Positions 1-9,299 of a stretch of 64,000 nt of DNA are shown here, piece after piece. A program made the translations under genes and the position numbers. The stretch is from Salinispira sp. (lineage in GTDB: Bacteria; Spirochaetota; Spirochaetia; DSM-27196; Salinispiraceae): the NCBI GenBank assembly GCA_965226555.1, contig CBDDDG010000010.1:64001-128000 (forward strand). The letters run 5' to 3'. The notes below the pieces were generated by a model, which was not told the origin of the DNA, ran no database searches, and saw only the letters and a program-made list of their open reading frames with translations. Position 1 is the first letter of the stretch. Each line of letters begins with the position of its first letter.

Positions 1-1187
1 AATGCGCGCGCGTCACTGAACATAGAGGACATATCCGTTATTGCCGTGGTAACAATGTAGTTGAGATCGGCAGTATTGCCCCAAGTATCTATCCCATTAG
101 TTACCGCTGTTTTCAGTTCGGCGCTAGTTTGCGACATCTCGGTAACAAAGAAATGTTCGGCAAACTTCACCTCTCCGCTTGCGTTTTCCCCATATACCAC
201 ATATGTTCCTGCCGCTGTATCCGCGGCAACCTCAACAATGCCGGTACTCGCATTAACTGTCGGAATGCTTACTTCCGCGGGCGCGGGCGCAGGGGTTACC
301 GTAATGGTTCCGGACATTCCATCGACCGCGTAAGTGCCCGCAGCCAAAGAAACAATGAGATTCTCATCGGCAATACGGGTATCAATATCATTCGAAAGAA
401 TTGCGGATACTGCCGTACCCGCTGGAACCTTTGTCGCAACAATCGGCAGTATTGCTGTTGCGGGTTCAGACCATGTACTATCGCCAATACCATTGACCGC
501 GCGCACCTGCACATCATAGCTGGCGCCGGCTGTCAGGCTTTCTCCCTGGCCATCTCCAATGGTATACTCGGTACCGCCTATGCCGCTCACCTGCGGTTCC
601 TCTGGAAAGGGAGAACCAGTCGTTGCGTAGCGCAATTCATACCTGCCAATGGCGCTGCCTCCATCGTATGGAGCTTCCCATTTCACCGTCAGACGACCAT
701 TACCAAGTATAACCAGTATTGCAGGAGCGGCAGGAACAGCCATGACCAGTTCACCTGTTTCGGATTCAGACCAGTGGCCATTGCCAATGTCATTGACCGC
801 GCGCACCTGTACGCGGTAATTGATTTCGTGTGTTAGTTGGGTTATGGTGTAGATGGTGTGTGTTCCGATGCCGGAGATAATTTCCGTCCATGTGGTTCCG
901 CCGTCTGAGCTATGGCGCAGATGATAGGCGGTAATTTCACTACCGCCGTTGGCGGGTTCTTCCCAAGAAGCAACAATGTGATCAGTGTCCGGAGCAAGAA
1001 TGAGCGTTGTTATGGCAGAAGGCGCCGAGAGCTCAGGTAAATTGGTTCTCGGTCCCTGTACTGGCTCTGGGGCGGGACAGGCGACGAGAAGCAGTATGGG
1101 AACCAGCATGAGCGCCTTCAACAGATACCATGTGAAATGTTTCCCATTTCCGCTATTGGCAAAAATACAGTGCGTTATAATGCGCAT
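1..1187 (-). CDS. Fibronectin type III repeat lipoprotein with DUF285/BspA-type C-terminus (runs off the window start)
   Basis: Absent from the ORF track because it is truncated by the window edge. Manual translation from ATG 1187 (GGAGG upstream) gives MRIITHC...VPILLLVA-CPAPEP (lipobox), two Fn3 units (WEEPANGGSEITAYHLRH...YRVQVRAVN), then GIDTWGNTADLNYIVTTAITDMSSMF, matching the paralog at 1451..2803. Confidence 0.85.
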   Translation of the reverse strand, partial: MRIITHCIFANSGNGKHFTWYLLKALMLVPILLLVACPAPEPVQGPRTNLPELSAPSAITTLILAPDTDHIVASWEEPANGGSEITAYHLRHSSDGGTTWTEIISGIGTHTIYTITQLTHEINYRVQVRAVNDIGNGHWSESETGELVMAVPAAPAILVILGNGRLTVKWEAPYDGGSAIGRYELRYATTGSPFPEEPQVSGIGGTEYTIGDGQGESLTAGASYDVQVRAVNGIGDSTWSEPATAILPIVATKVPAGTAVSAILSNDIDTRIADENLIVSLAAGTYAVDGMSGTITVTPAPAPAEVSIPTVNASTGIVEVAADTAAGTYVVYGENASGEVKFAEHFFVTEMSQTSAELKTAVTNGIDTWGNTADLNYIVTTAITDMSSMFSDARA

Positions 1188-1367
1188 ACAATTTCCTCCA
1201 TTACCATATTCTTATACTAAGTACTAAGTGTATCACAGAATTATGTAATAGCAAAACAGATCAAATATCAGAACAGAACTTCCCCAATAATCGCCCGAGG
1301 ATGCGTTGCGCGCCCACGCGGCTGGTAAGTGCCCCGCCTCAGCAACAGTCGCATAGGTGAGCAATCG

Positions 1368-1401
1368 AAAAAAGGCAGGCACGGATTTCTCCGCGCCTGC
1401 C
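1368..1401 (-). terminator. Rho-independent terminator of the Fn3/DUF285 gene
   Basis: GGCAGGCGCGGA-GAAA-TCCGTGCCTGCC hairpin followed by T6 on the minus strand. Confidence 0.7.
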
Positions 1402-1450
1402 CAAGTTGAATTGCCGTGTTTCATAGCTCCCGCGGGCTATGAAACTGCTC

Positions 1451-2803
1451 CTAATACCATGACGGAACACCCACACCCGTAGGCTTATTCGTATCCGACC
1501 CGTCCGTATTCGTCACCACGCCGGACTCTAAAAACGTATTTGTTTTGGTTCCGGTATATTTTCCAGCGGCATTGAGCGTCCAATGCTCCCCCCAGTCCTC
1601 AAGATCTTGATTGAATGCGCTTGCCCTAAAGAACATAGAGCCCATATTCGTTACCGAGCTGACATCCCAACCGGAAATATCGTTATTGAATGCTGTTGCG
1701 GTATAGAACATACCGCCCATAAACGTTACCGAGCTGACATTCCAGAGTGAGATATCGCCATTGAATTCGTTCGCCAAATAGAACATAGAGCCCATATTCG
1801 TTACCGAGCTGACATCCCAACCGGAGATGTCGCCATTGAATGCAGTTGCGGTATAGAACATACTGTTCATATTCCCTACCTTACTGACATCCCAACCGGA
1901 AATATCGCCATTGAATGCAGTTGCGCTAGCGAACATACCGTTCATAAACGTTACCGAGCTGACATCCCAGCCGGAGATATTGCCATTGAATGTGGTATTG
2001 GAATTGAAAACAGATGACATATCCGTTATTTCCGTGGTAATAATGTAGTTGAGATTGGCAGTATTGCCCCAAGTATCTATCCCCTCAGTTATCAGTGTGC
2101 CCAGTTCAGTTTTATTTTGAGGGCTCACGGTAACAGAGAAATACTCGGCAAAGCGTACATCGCTGGTTCCGTTTTCACCATATAGCAGATATGTTCCAGC
2201 CGTTGTACCTGCGGTAACCGTAATAATTCCGGTATCCGCATCAACAGTCGGCCGGATAACTCCTGCGGGCGGAGGTACGATGGTTAGCGTAATGCCTCCT
2301 GATTCATCAACCGCGTAGGCGCCTGTGGTCAAAGAAACGCTGAGGTTCTCAGTGGCAATTTGCTTGCCAATATCGTCCGAAAAAATGACGGATGTTTCCG
2401 TCCCCGCAGGAACCTGCGTTGCAGAATTCGGCGCCATTTCCATTGCGGATGGAGACCAGGGTCCTTTGCCGACTGCATTGACAGCGCGCACCTGTACTTC
2501 ATAACTGGCGCCGTTGGTCAGCGGGCTAATGCTGTAGCTTGTTTCGGTAATTTCGGTAATTTCCGACCATATGGTTCCGCCGTCTGAGCTATATTGCAGC
2601 TCATACCCGGTAATGGCGCTGCCACCATCATCCGGCGCAGTCCATGTAGCAATGAGTTCCCCATTTCCCACTTCAAGGGTTGGGGCAGCCATGGTACCCG
2701 GCGCGGTTGCCACCGGTTCCGGCATCGGGCATCCAGAAATCAATACAATAAACATCGCACAGAACATGAAAAAGGCTACCTTTTTGTATGATGTATTTCT
2801 CAT
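1451..2803 (-). CDS. Fn3 + DUF285/BspA-family surface lipoprotein
   Basis: AGGAGG before ATG 2803; lipobox LISG-C; one Fn3 domain; about six 25-aa repeats FNGDISGWDVSSVTNMGSMF. Confidence 0.9.
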   Translation of the reverse strand: MRNTSYKKVAFFMFCAMFIVLISGCPMPEPVATAPGTMAAPTLEVGNGELIATWTAPDDGGSAITGYELQYSSDGGTIWSEITEITETSYSISPLTNGASYEVQVRAVNAVGKGPWSPSAMEMAPNSATQVPAGTETSVIFSDDIGKQIATENLSVSLTTGAYAVDESGGITLTIVPPPAGVIRPTVDADTGIITVTAGTTAGTYLLYGENGTSDVRFAEYFSVTVSPQNKTELGTLITEGIDTWGNTANLNYIITTEITDMSSVFNSNTTFNGNISGWDVSSVTFMNGMFASATAFNGDISGWDVSKVGNMNSMFYTATAFNGDISGWDVSSVTNMGSMFYLANEFNGDISLWNVSSVTFMGGMFYTATAFNNDISGWDVSSVTNMGSMFFRASAFNQDLEDWGEHWTLNAAGKYTGTKTNTFLESGVVTNTDGSDTNKPTGVGVPSWY

Positions 2804-2936
2804 GATTTTGCCTCCTAAAATCATAATTTTTTGACTCAGAAAAATTCTGACGGCTCCCGCCACTATTTCCGAGGTTGCGGCATAATATCAGTTTGAGAAA
2901 ACATATGCAATGAGGATTTTCTCATCTCAAAACTCC

Positions 2937-3278
2937 CTAACGCAGAGTAGTAATGTCGCGGTATGCCTGCACTACACGGTCAACAACATTTTTGGTGATA
3001 CTCAGGCTCAAATTTGCCTTTGCCAATGCAATGGTTACATCGTGCGCTTCCACTGAATCAGGATTGACAATAGACTGAGTGCTGATGTCATGAGCAAACT
3101 GCTGATCAGCATTCACCTCGCTGATGGTATCGAAGAGCATCTGCCCGAAACTCTTCTGTCCCTCGGGTAAAATAGATGCTGTGTTCTTTATGTGATCAGG
3201 ATCGGTGGTTTTCAGAGTAAAGATATCACCCCGAACTTCTGACGGCATGAGATGATGCGCGGTAAATTGGATATTCAT
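2937..3278 (-). CDS. fliE: Flagellar hook-basal body protein FliE
   Basis: HDVTIALAKANLSLSITKNVVDRVVQAYRDI motif; directly downstream of flgC. Confidence 0.92.
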   Translation of the reverse strand: MNIQFTAHHLMPSEVRGDIFTLKTTDPDHIKNTASILPEGQKSFGQMLFDTISEVNADQQFAHDISTQSIVNPDSVEAHDVTIALAKANLSLSITKNVVDRVVQAYRDITTLR

Positions 3279-3296
3279 AATCCCTCCCTCCCTTAC

Positions 3297-3755
3297 TTAT
3301 CGACCAATTTCCAGTGCTTTCATAAACATATTTTTTGTTCCTTCAACAATGGAAACATTCGCATCATAGCTGCGGGATGCGGAAATGAGGTCAACCATTT
3401 CTTCCACCACGTTGACATTCGGATATTCAACATAGCCCGCCCGCGGACCCGCCTTAATTGCATCGGGATGGGTGGGATCGTATACCAGACGCAGGGGGTC
3501 GTCCATGTCTTTTTCAATGGACACAGCCTGCACCCCATTTCCCAGCCCCTCATCGAGCGCCTTGGGGAAGTACTGGCTCTTCCATGTAAGCGAGTCGGCG
3601 CGCGGCGCCACAATAACCCGGCTCCGGCGGTAGGCGCCTCCCTCGGGCGTGCGTGTTGTTTCAACATTCGCAATGTTGTTGGCAATTATATCCTGACGAA
3701 GCCTCTGAACGGTAAGCCCGCTTGAAGCAATGTTAAGTGTTGAATACAGTCCCAT
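3297..3755 (-). CDS. flgC: Flagellar basal-body rod protein FlgC
   Basis: [20 protein letters not shown] and [23 protein letters not shown] motifs. Confidence 0.97.
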   Translation of the reverse strand: MGLYSTLNIASSGLTVQRLRQDIIANNIANVETTRTPEGGAYRRSRVIVAPRADSLTWKSQYFPKALDEGLGNGVQAVSIEKDMDDPLRLVYDPTHPDAIKAGPRAGYVEYPNVNVVEEMVDLISASRSYDANVSIVEGTKNMFMKALEIGR

Positions 3756-3856
3756 AGTTTCTCCCTTTTCTCAGCCTTCGCTGCGCGCCCTGCGGGCGCT
3801 CTCCGCATACTCTGCGAGCCCTGCGCTATGCGCCGTGAGCTCTGCGCCGCTATGTA

Positions 3857-4273
3857 CTAGTTAAGAACAATGTTCATCTGACGGAAATTATGGTTTACGG
3901 CTGTTACCATAAGATTATAGGCCAGTTGCTGATTGATGTATGTGGTCGATTCGACTTCAATATCGACATTGTTGCCGTTGTTCTTGGCTGTCGTAAGAAA
4001 ATCGGCAACCCTGCGGGGGACAACCGTTCGGTAATCAATTTCCCGCTGAAATGGAATGTGTTTTTCATTAGTAAGATAGGTATTGAACGCGGGAGCTTTC
4101 TCACTTTCAAGAGCCTTTTTCAGGCTGGTCTCAAAATTAACAAACTCCCGCTTAAAATTCGGCGTGTCCGCATTGGCAATGTTGTTGGCAGTAACTTCCT
4201 GACGGTAGAGATTCACACTCATGCTCCGCTGCAGAATATCAAGATTCTTGCCCCAGTTATTATTCGTAAACAT
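3857..4273 (-). CDS. flgB: Flagellar basal-body rod protein FlgB
   Basis: ANNIANADTPNFK and NNGNNVDIE motifs; start placed after GGAGGGG. Confidence 0.95.
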   Translation of the reverse strand: MFTNNNWGKNLDILQRSMSVNLYRQEVTANNIANADTPNFKREFVNFETSLKKALESEKAPAFNTYLTNEKHIPFQREIDYRTVVPRRVADFLTTAKNNGNNVDIEVESTTYINQQLAYNLMVTAVNHNFRQMNIVLN

Positions 4274-4420
4274 CAATTCCCCTCCCCGGGAAGTGCTACC
4301 AGCCCCATCGGAGACGAAGTCTCCGATCAGCAACAGACGCATGGCGAGCAGCGCGGAAGCGCAACCAGTCCCTCAGTCTTGTTGTTATTTTCGGAAGAAA
4401 ATTACACGAGCTTAATAAAG

Positions 4421-4472
4421 AAACTTTTGCATTGGAAAATTGTGCGTGCACAATTTCCAGGAGCAAAAGTTT
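4421..4472. repeat. Palindromic REP/MITE-like element, long type
   Basis: AAACTTTTGCATTGGAAAATTGTGC-GT-GCACAATTTCCAGGAGCAAAAGTTT; recurs many times in the window. Confidence 0.85.
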
Positions 4473-4511
4473 CTATTAGATTACTGAGAATCCGGTCGGG
4501 CAGCCGCGCTG

Positions 4512-4754
4512 TCAGCCTTTTTTGGTTACAAGAATCCTCCAGATACGTTTTTCGGGTTTTTCGAGCGCCTCAATAATATGCCCCTCACCCTCAAGACTGC
4601 GGGGCACATTTGCGGCCGACTCACTATTTCCAAGCAAAATCTCCAGAGTCTCTCCATTGTTAAGACCCTCAAGCTCAAGCTTACTTTTCACAAAGGTGTA
4701 CGGACACACTTCGTTACGTATATCCAGCGATTTCGCAATAGATACATCAGACAT
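4512..4754 (-). CDS. TusA/YeeD-family sulfur carrier protein
   Basis: LDIRNEVCPYTFVKSKLEL carries the TusA CPxP-like motif; 80 aa. Confidence 0.9.
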   Translation of the reverse strand: MSDVSIAKSLDIRNEVCPYTFVKSKLELEGLNNGETLEILLGNSESAANVPRSLEGEGHIIEALEKPEKRIWRILVTKKG

Positions 4755-4774
4755 ACTATTCCTCCATGCCGGCG

Positions 4775-5647
4775 CTAGGGAAGCGCAATAGGGGTGTCAT
4801 CACGATTACCCCATTCAACCCAACTTCCGTCATACAGGGCAACATTTTTATACCCAAGGAGCCTCAATGCAAAGTAGGAATGCGCGCCGCGAACACCTGT
4901 CTGGCAATGCGTTGCTATGCGGCTATTCCTGTCAATGGTATCGTCATAAATTGTTGCCAGCGTGCTGGCAGTTTCAAACCTTCCATCTGCATCAATGTTT
5001 TTAATCCAATCGATATGAACAGCGCCGGGAATGTGCCCGCCGCGGTTCGCGCGGACATCGCTTCCTTCATATTCATCCTGACTACGGGTATCAAGAACAA
5101 CAAAATCTTCATTCCCATAGTTTGCAAGAATCTCGGCGCTATCAACAATCAGCTCAGGTTGAAAGCGTACTCTGAAAGTTGCCGCCGGCCGGTGTTCATC
5201 AGCCATACGTACCGGATAACTGAGTTCCTCCCATGCCGCGAATCCGCCATCCAGAAGACGCACCTTTCTATGCCCGAGAACTTCAAAACCCCAGAAGGCT
5301 CGCGATGCCCAGAGATTGTTACCGCTGTCATACATAACAATTGTTGTCCTGTTATCTATTCCTCTGGCGCCGAGTTCCGCTCCAATATCTTCAGGATCGG
5401 GAAGCATACCGGCAATACCGTTTCTTTCATCGTAGAATATACTCCGATCAAGATATACCGCCCCGGGAATGTGACCCTTCTGAAAATCTTCATAAGAACG
5501 CCCATAATCAACAACAATTACCCTGTCGAGATTATCCTCAAGCCATTCAGCAGTTACCAGAAGCGATTCTCCGCTTTCCCTGCCGCCTCCGGCAAATACC
5601 ATTGTAAGCACAAGTGCCATTACAATACTACATATAAATGTTTTCAT
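4775..5647 (-). CDS. Exported tandem-domain rhodanese (thiosulfate/3-mercaptopyruvate sulfurtransferase family)
   Basis: Two GHIPGA motifs, catalytic loop HCQTGVR, YDGSWVEW; N-terminal signal peptide ending VFA-GGG. Confidence 0.9.
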   Translation of the reverse strand: MKTFICSIVMALVLTMVFAGGGRESGESLLVTAEWLEDNLDRVIVVDYGRSYEDFQKGHIPGAVYLDRSIFYDERNGIAGMLPDPEDIGAELGARGIDNRTTIVMYDSGNNLWASRAFWGFEVLGHRKVRLLDGGFAAWEELSYPVRMADEHRPAATFRVRFQPELIVDSAEILANYGNEDFVVLDTRSQDEYEGSDVRANRGGHIPGAVHIDWIKNIDADGRFETASTLATIYDDTIDRNSRIATHCQTGVRGAHSYFALRLLGYKNVALYDGSWVEWGNRDDTPIALP

Positions 5648-5674
5648 ACATTACTCCTTTGATGTAAACATTCG

Positions 5675-5726
5675 AAACTTTTGCTCTTGGAAATTGTGCA
5701 CGCACAATTTTCCAATGCAAAATTTT
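5675..5726. repeat. Palindromic REP/MITE-like element, long type
   Basis: Same palindrome family as 4421..4472; lies between yeeE-like and rhodanese genes. Confidence 0.85.
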
Positions 5727-5738
5727 GTATCATTTTTC

Positions 5739-6821
5739 TCAGAACTTTTTTTGCTTTCGCATTTTTTGAAAGATAATTCCGGTCGTCGCCCACACACCGA
5801 ACATGGTGAAAAGCGTTGCGACCATGGAGCTGATACTCAGGGTAGACAGGCCCGTTATGCCATGCCCGATGTTACACCCCCCCGCGATAGATGCTCCTGT
5901 ACCCATTAGCACTCCTCCGCCCAACTGCATAAGCATTCGGCGGGGTTCGGGAAGAACCAGCGCCGCCTCGCCTGCCCGCGCCGCAGCGAAATATGCTCCA
6001 AAGGGAACCCCCGCAACGAGGAAACTTACTACGCTTATCCCTGAAGCATCACCATTCAGCAGCAAATTCCCCCACGATTGTATGGGCTGTGTAAATGAGA
6101 AAATAACATCGATGAAGGAAACGAGCAAATTCCCCCACGATTGTATGGGCTGTGTAAATGAAAGCCCAAAGTCCCTGGATACAAAGGAACTCAAAACCCA
6201 GGTCAGCACCGAAAGAATGCCGACAGCGAGTCCGGTTTGCCACCACTTCCAGCCGTTAACATATTTCTGCTTCGGCGCGCGCAGAAGCCACACAACTCCG
6301 ATAATACTCAGCAGGGCAATAATAAGCCATTTCCAGATACTGTAGTCTATTCCCAGAACATTCCACACACTCGGCGCTTCACCCCGAATATCTATTGTAT
6401 ACGCTCGCAAAAAACGCTGTAGGGGCGCTGCAGGCGCTGCCGCGCCGGTTCCGAAAAGAAGGGCGCCGAAAACAAAGCCCGCAAGCGCCGCCCAACTTCC
6501 CAGCATGCCTCGACCGGCACGGTAACAGGAACCGCTTGTACATCCTCCGGCAAGTACCATACCGGCGCCGAAAATAAGACCGCCGGGAATAAGCGCATAA
6601 ATATACAAGGGAGCGCGGCTTATGGTAATAAGCGCCAGTTCATCAAGCAGATGGACAAGTACCAGATTAATAATAAGCACAAGCACCCATGCCCGAACCA
6701 GCGAATGATCCTTCTCAAACACAATACTCCTGAAAGCCGAATTCATGCAGAATCCGCCCTTCTGAAAGCTGAAACCAAGCAATAAACCAAGAATAAATCC
6801 CAAAATATATATAATCATCAT
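5739..6821 (-). CDS. YeeE/YedE-family (thiosulfate) membrane transporter
   Basis: Three conserved Cys motifs GFCM, AGGCTSG and AGGCNIGH; multiple transmembrane segments. Confidence 0.92.
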   Translation of the reverse strand: MMIIYILGFILGLLLGFSFQKGGFCMNSAFRSIVFEKDHSLVRAWVLVLIINLVLVHLLDELALITISRAPLYIYALIPGGLIFGAGMVLAGGCTSGSCYRAGRGMLGSWAALAGFVFGALLFGTGAAAPAAPLQRFLRAYTIDIRGEAPSVWNVLGIDYSIWKWLIIALLSIIGVVWLLRAPKQKYVNGWKWWQTGLAVGILSVLTWVLSSFVSRDFGLSFTQPIQSWGNLLVSFIDVIFSFTQPIQSWGNLLLNGDASGISVVSFLVAGVPFGAYFAAARAGEAALVLPEPRRMLMQLGGGVLMGTGASIAGGCNIGHGITGLSTLSISSMVATLFTMFGVWATTGIIFQKMRKQKKF

Positions 6822-6911
6822 AATCCTCGTGCCGCTTCCGCAGCCCCGGCCGCCCGCGCAGCTCCTCCGCCAGCGTGCCGAGGCTCCCGCTTCCGCGCTC
6901 CTACATCTGCA

Positions 6912-7913
6912 TTAAAAACAGGCAAAATTACCTCCGTACTTTTGTGAACCCAAAGCTGCGCTTCCAATGCGAAGGCTGTCTGGAAGGCCCGCTATTTTTG
7001 CGCTCCTGCTTTCAACTGTCCGATTACCCTTGATGGTGAGCACAAGAAAGGGCAGCGATGTTGAATGGGGAATGAGCCACACAGTATCCTCCTCATCCAG
7101 AAGGAGCGAAGTATATCCGGCAGGAATGGCAGATGCCAAAAGCTTTTTCCCGTTCTGCCTGTTGAAGACGATAATTTCATTGTTTTCATTGTTCAGAACA
7201 ATTGTTCTATTCCCGTTTTCTTCAATAACAAGAGTTTTCGGGTTAAAACTTCCCGTAATTTTCCGTATGATTTTGTTTTTCCGCAGATCGGCAAGCACAA
7301 GTTGTTCAGTGCCTGCAATCCATGCGAAGCGGTCATTTCCGCTCACACGCAGCAGCTGCGCCTCAAAATCGAGTGCAAGACTACTCAGCACCCGCCCGTT
7401 GATACCATCGCCTCCAACAAGAAGTGAAGCCCCGTCTCCCTGTCCGAGGGCAAAATAGCGGGTTCCCCGTCCGTTAAAAACAACATTACCGAATTCTCCG
7501 GCAGGAAAATCGATGCTGCCGGAATGTTCCAGACTCAACTTCCGATGCTGATACACATCAATTTTTCCCCTTCCCCGATCAAGAATGAACACGCGTTCAC
7601 CGGTCGGAACAAAGGAAATATCTCCAATATCGCTCCAATCATCCGCAAGTCCGCCCTCAGGCCGGCCCGTTTCAGCAGAAAATATCTCAACATTGTCATT
7701 GTCCGATACAAAGACCGCGGCTCCGCCCGGCGTGGGCCATAACGATGGGATTCCGCCGCCCTGAAAAACATAGCTCCCCGCATATTCGCCCGCATCACGG
7801 TCAATAATGTGTACAGTATCATCAACCTGCACATACAAGGCGTAATCGAAGGCTCCAGCTATCGCAGGGAAGGCAAAAAATACAAGCGCTGCGCCCAGAA
7901 TGCGTTTTTTCAT
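6912..7913 (-). CDS. Exported beta-propeller-like (YncE/YVTN-like) protein of unknown function
   Basis: Signal peptide MKKRILGAALVFFAFPAIAGA; repeated blade-like motifs (FVPTGERVFI, VFNGRGTRYF, VSGNDRFAWI); ends GGNFACF. Confidence 0.6.
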   Translation of the reverse strand: MKKRILGAALVFFAFPAIAGAFDYALYVQVDDTVHIIDRDAGEYAGSYVFQGGGIPSLWPTPGGAAVFVSDNDNVEIFSAETGRPEGGLADDWSDIGDISFVPTGERVFILDRGRGKIDVYQHRKLSLEHSGSIDFPAGEFGNVVFNGRGTRYFALGQGDGASLLVGGDGINGRVLSSLALDFEAQLLRVSGNDRFAWIAGTEQLVLADLRKNKIIRKITGSFNPKTLVIEENGNRTIVLNNENNEIIVFNRQNGKKLLASAIPAGYTSLLLDEEDTVWLIPHSTSLPFLVLTIKGNRTVESRSAKIAGLPDSLRIGSAALGSQKYGGNFACF

Positions 7914-7926
7914 ACTCATCTCCAAT

Positions 7927-8427
7927 TTATCTCCAATTCATTTCGTCAGAACTGCGTAATCCGCTCAGTTCGCTGATAAGCCGCTGTACCTGACGTGTAT
8001 TATTCTCACGCTTCTTAACAGTGAAAAAATTCAAAATATCTCCCTGCACATCGAAAATGCCGTAGATCATCTTCTGATCTTCTGCCAGCCTGATATCTTC
8101 CTCGCTCATTCTCGACGGTGTTGCCGGATGACTATGATAGGTTCCAATGAGTTTCTTCCCCTGCTTTCCGGCCTCCCTGAATGCTTCAAACTGCTCAGCC
8201 GGATCAAAGCGGTAATGCTCAGGGCTTTCATCAACATTGCGCAGAGGAAAAATCGCTGTTACCTCAATAAGCGGAGCAAATGATCCGCTGCGAAAGGCCG
8301 CCCGCTCTGAAGCAAGGTAACCGCAAATTTCACAGGGCAGCCCTTCATGCGCCAGTTTTTTTATTTTCTGATATACCTCACTGCTTATTCTCACCTTCGG
8401 TATACCTTTTCTTGCAGTATCAGCCAT
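7927..8427 (-). CDS. JAB/JAMM (M67) metallopeptidase, sulfur-carrier maturation (HcyD/Mec-like)
   Basis: EICGYL and YHSHPATPSRMSEED match the JAMM E-x-HxH-x7-S-x2-D motif. Confidence 0.92.
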   Translation of the reverse strand: MADTARKGIPKVRISSEVYQKIKKLAHEGLPCEICGYLASERAAFRSGSFAPLIEVTAIFPLRNVDESPEHYRFDPAEQFEAFREAGKQGKKLIGTYHSHPATPSRMSEEDIRLAEDQKMIYGIFDVQGDILNFFTVKKRENNTRQVQRLISELSGLRSSDEMNWR

Positions 8428-9289
8428 GGATATGTTCCTTATATTCCTCTGCGAGGGACGGCGTATTTTCGGAGGTATTGGCATATTCAAGGTTCACCTT
8501 ACAGGCAGCCTGCTCCATCTCCGCAAGTTCGGTAATATCGGGGGTTTTACCGCTTATGCGGCAGTGCTCGTTATGCTTCACCGCAACAGTACGGAAATTC
8601 ATACTCAGCGCGTCATAAAAAAGCACACGGTTTGTCAGGAGTTCTCCAATGTTCAGGAGATATTTGAGCGCCTCGGTCGCCTGAATGGTTCCGAGAATTC
8701 CCGCAATTGCCCCAAGCACCCCCGCCTCGCTGCAGGTCGGCACGGCGCCGGCCGGCGGCGGTGTGGGATACACGCAGCGGTAACAGGCGGAGCCGGGCGT
8801 CCAGGTCATTGTCTGCCCCTGAAAACGCAGAATTCCCCCTTGGTTGAAGGGTTTGTTCTCAAAAACACAGGCATCATTTACCAGATACTTTGTGGGAAAA
8901 TTATCCGTGCCCTCAACAATAAAATCGTAACCGCGAATAATTTCACGGATATTATCCTTATTCAAACGCAGATTATGACGGATAACCTGCACATCGGGGT
9001 TTATTGCTTCAATTTTTTCACCGGCTGAATCGACCTTGCTCCTGCCGACATCGGGAGTGTGATGAGCAATTTGCCGCTGAAGATTACTCAGATCAACCAC
9101 ATCCGCATCGGCTAATCCAATGGTACCAACTCCGGCAGCTGCCAGATACAGAGAAATTGGCGACCCCAGCCCCCCCGCGCCGATAACGAGAACCTTACTG
9201 TTCAGAAGGCGCTCCTGTCCTTTGCCGCCGACATTCTGCAGAAGAATATGCCTGCTGTATCGTATTATCTGATCATTATGTAAACTCAT
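8420..9289 (-). CDS. ThiF/MoeB-family adenylyltransferase (HcyF-like)
   Basis: RYSRHILL, GAGGLGS, DLSNLQRQ, CYRC and TCSEAGVLG motifs; no C-terminal rhodanese domain. Confidence 0.95.
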   Translation of the reverse strand: MSLHNDQIIRYSRHILLQNVGGKGQERLLNSKVLVIGAGGLGSPISLYLAAAGVGTIGLADADVVDLSNLQRQIAHHTPDVGRSKVDSAGEKIEAINPDVQVIRHNLRLNKDNIREIIRGYDFIVEGTDNFPTKYLVNDACVFENKPFNQGGILRFQGQTMTWTPGSACYRCVYPTPPPAGAVPTCSEAGVLGAIAGILGTIQATEALKYLLNIGELLTNRVLFYDALSMNFRTVAVKHNEHCRISGKTPDITELAEMEQAACKVNLEYANTSENTPSLAEEYKEHIHG

Positions 9290-9299
9290 ACATTCCTCA

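Noticed and set aside
129..836. 235-aa plus-strand ORF and similar antisense ORFs over Fn3 genes (30297..31172, 63275..63956)
   Set aside because: Antisense to clear Fn3 lipoprotein genes; no recognisable motifs.
6061..6161. 38-bp repeat, 25-bp spacer, 38-bp repeat resembling a mini CRISPR array
   Set aside because: Only two units, in frame inside a membrane-protein gene, with no leader and no cas genes in the window.
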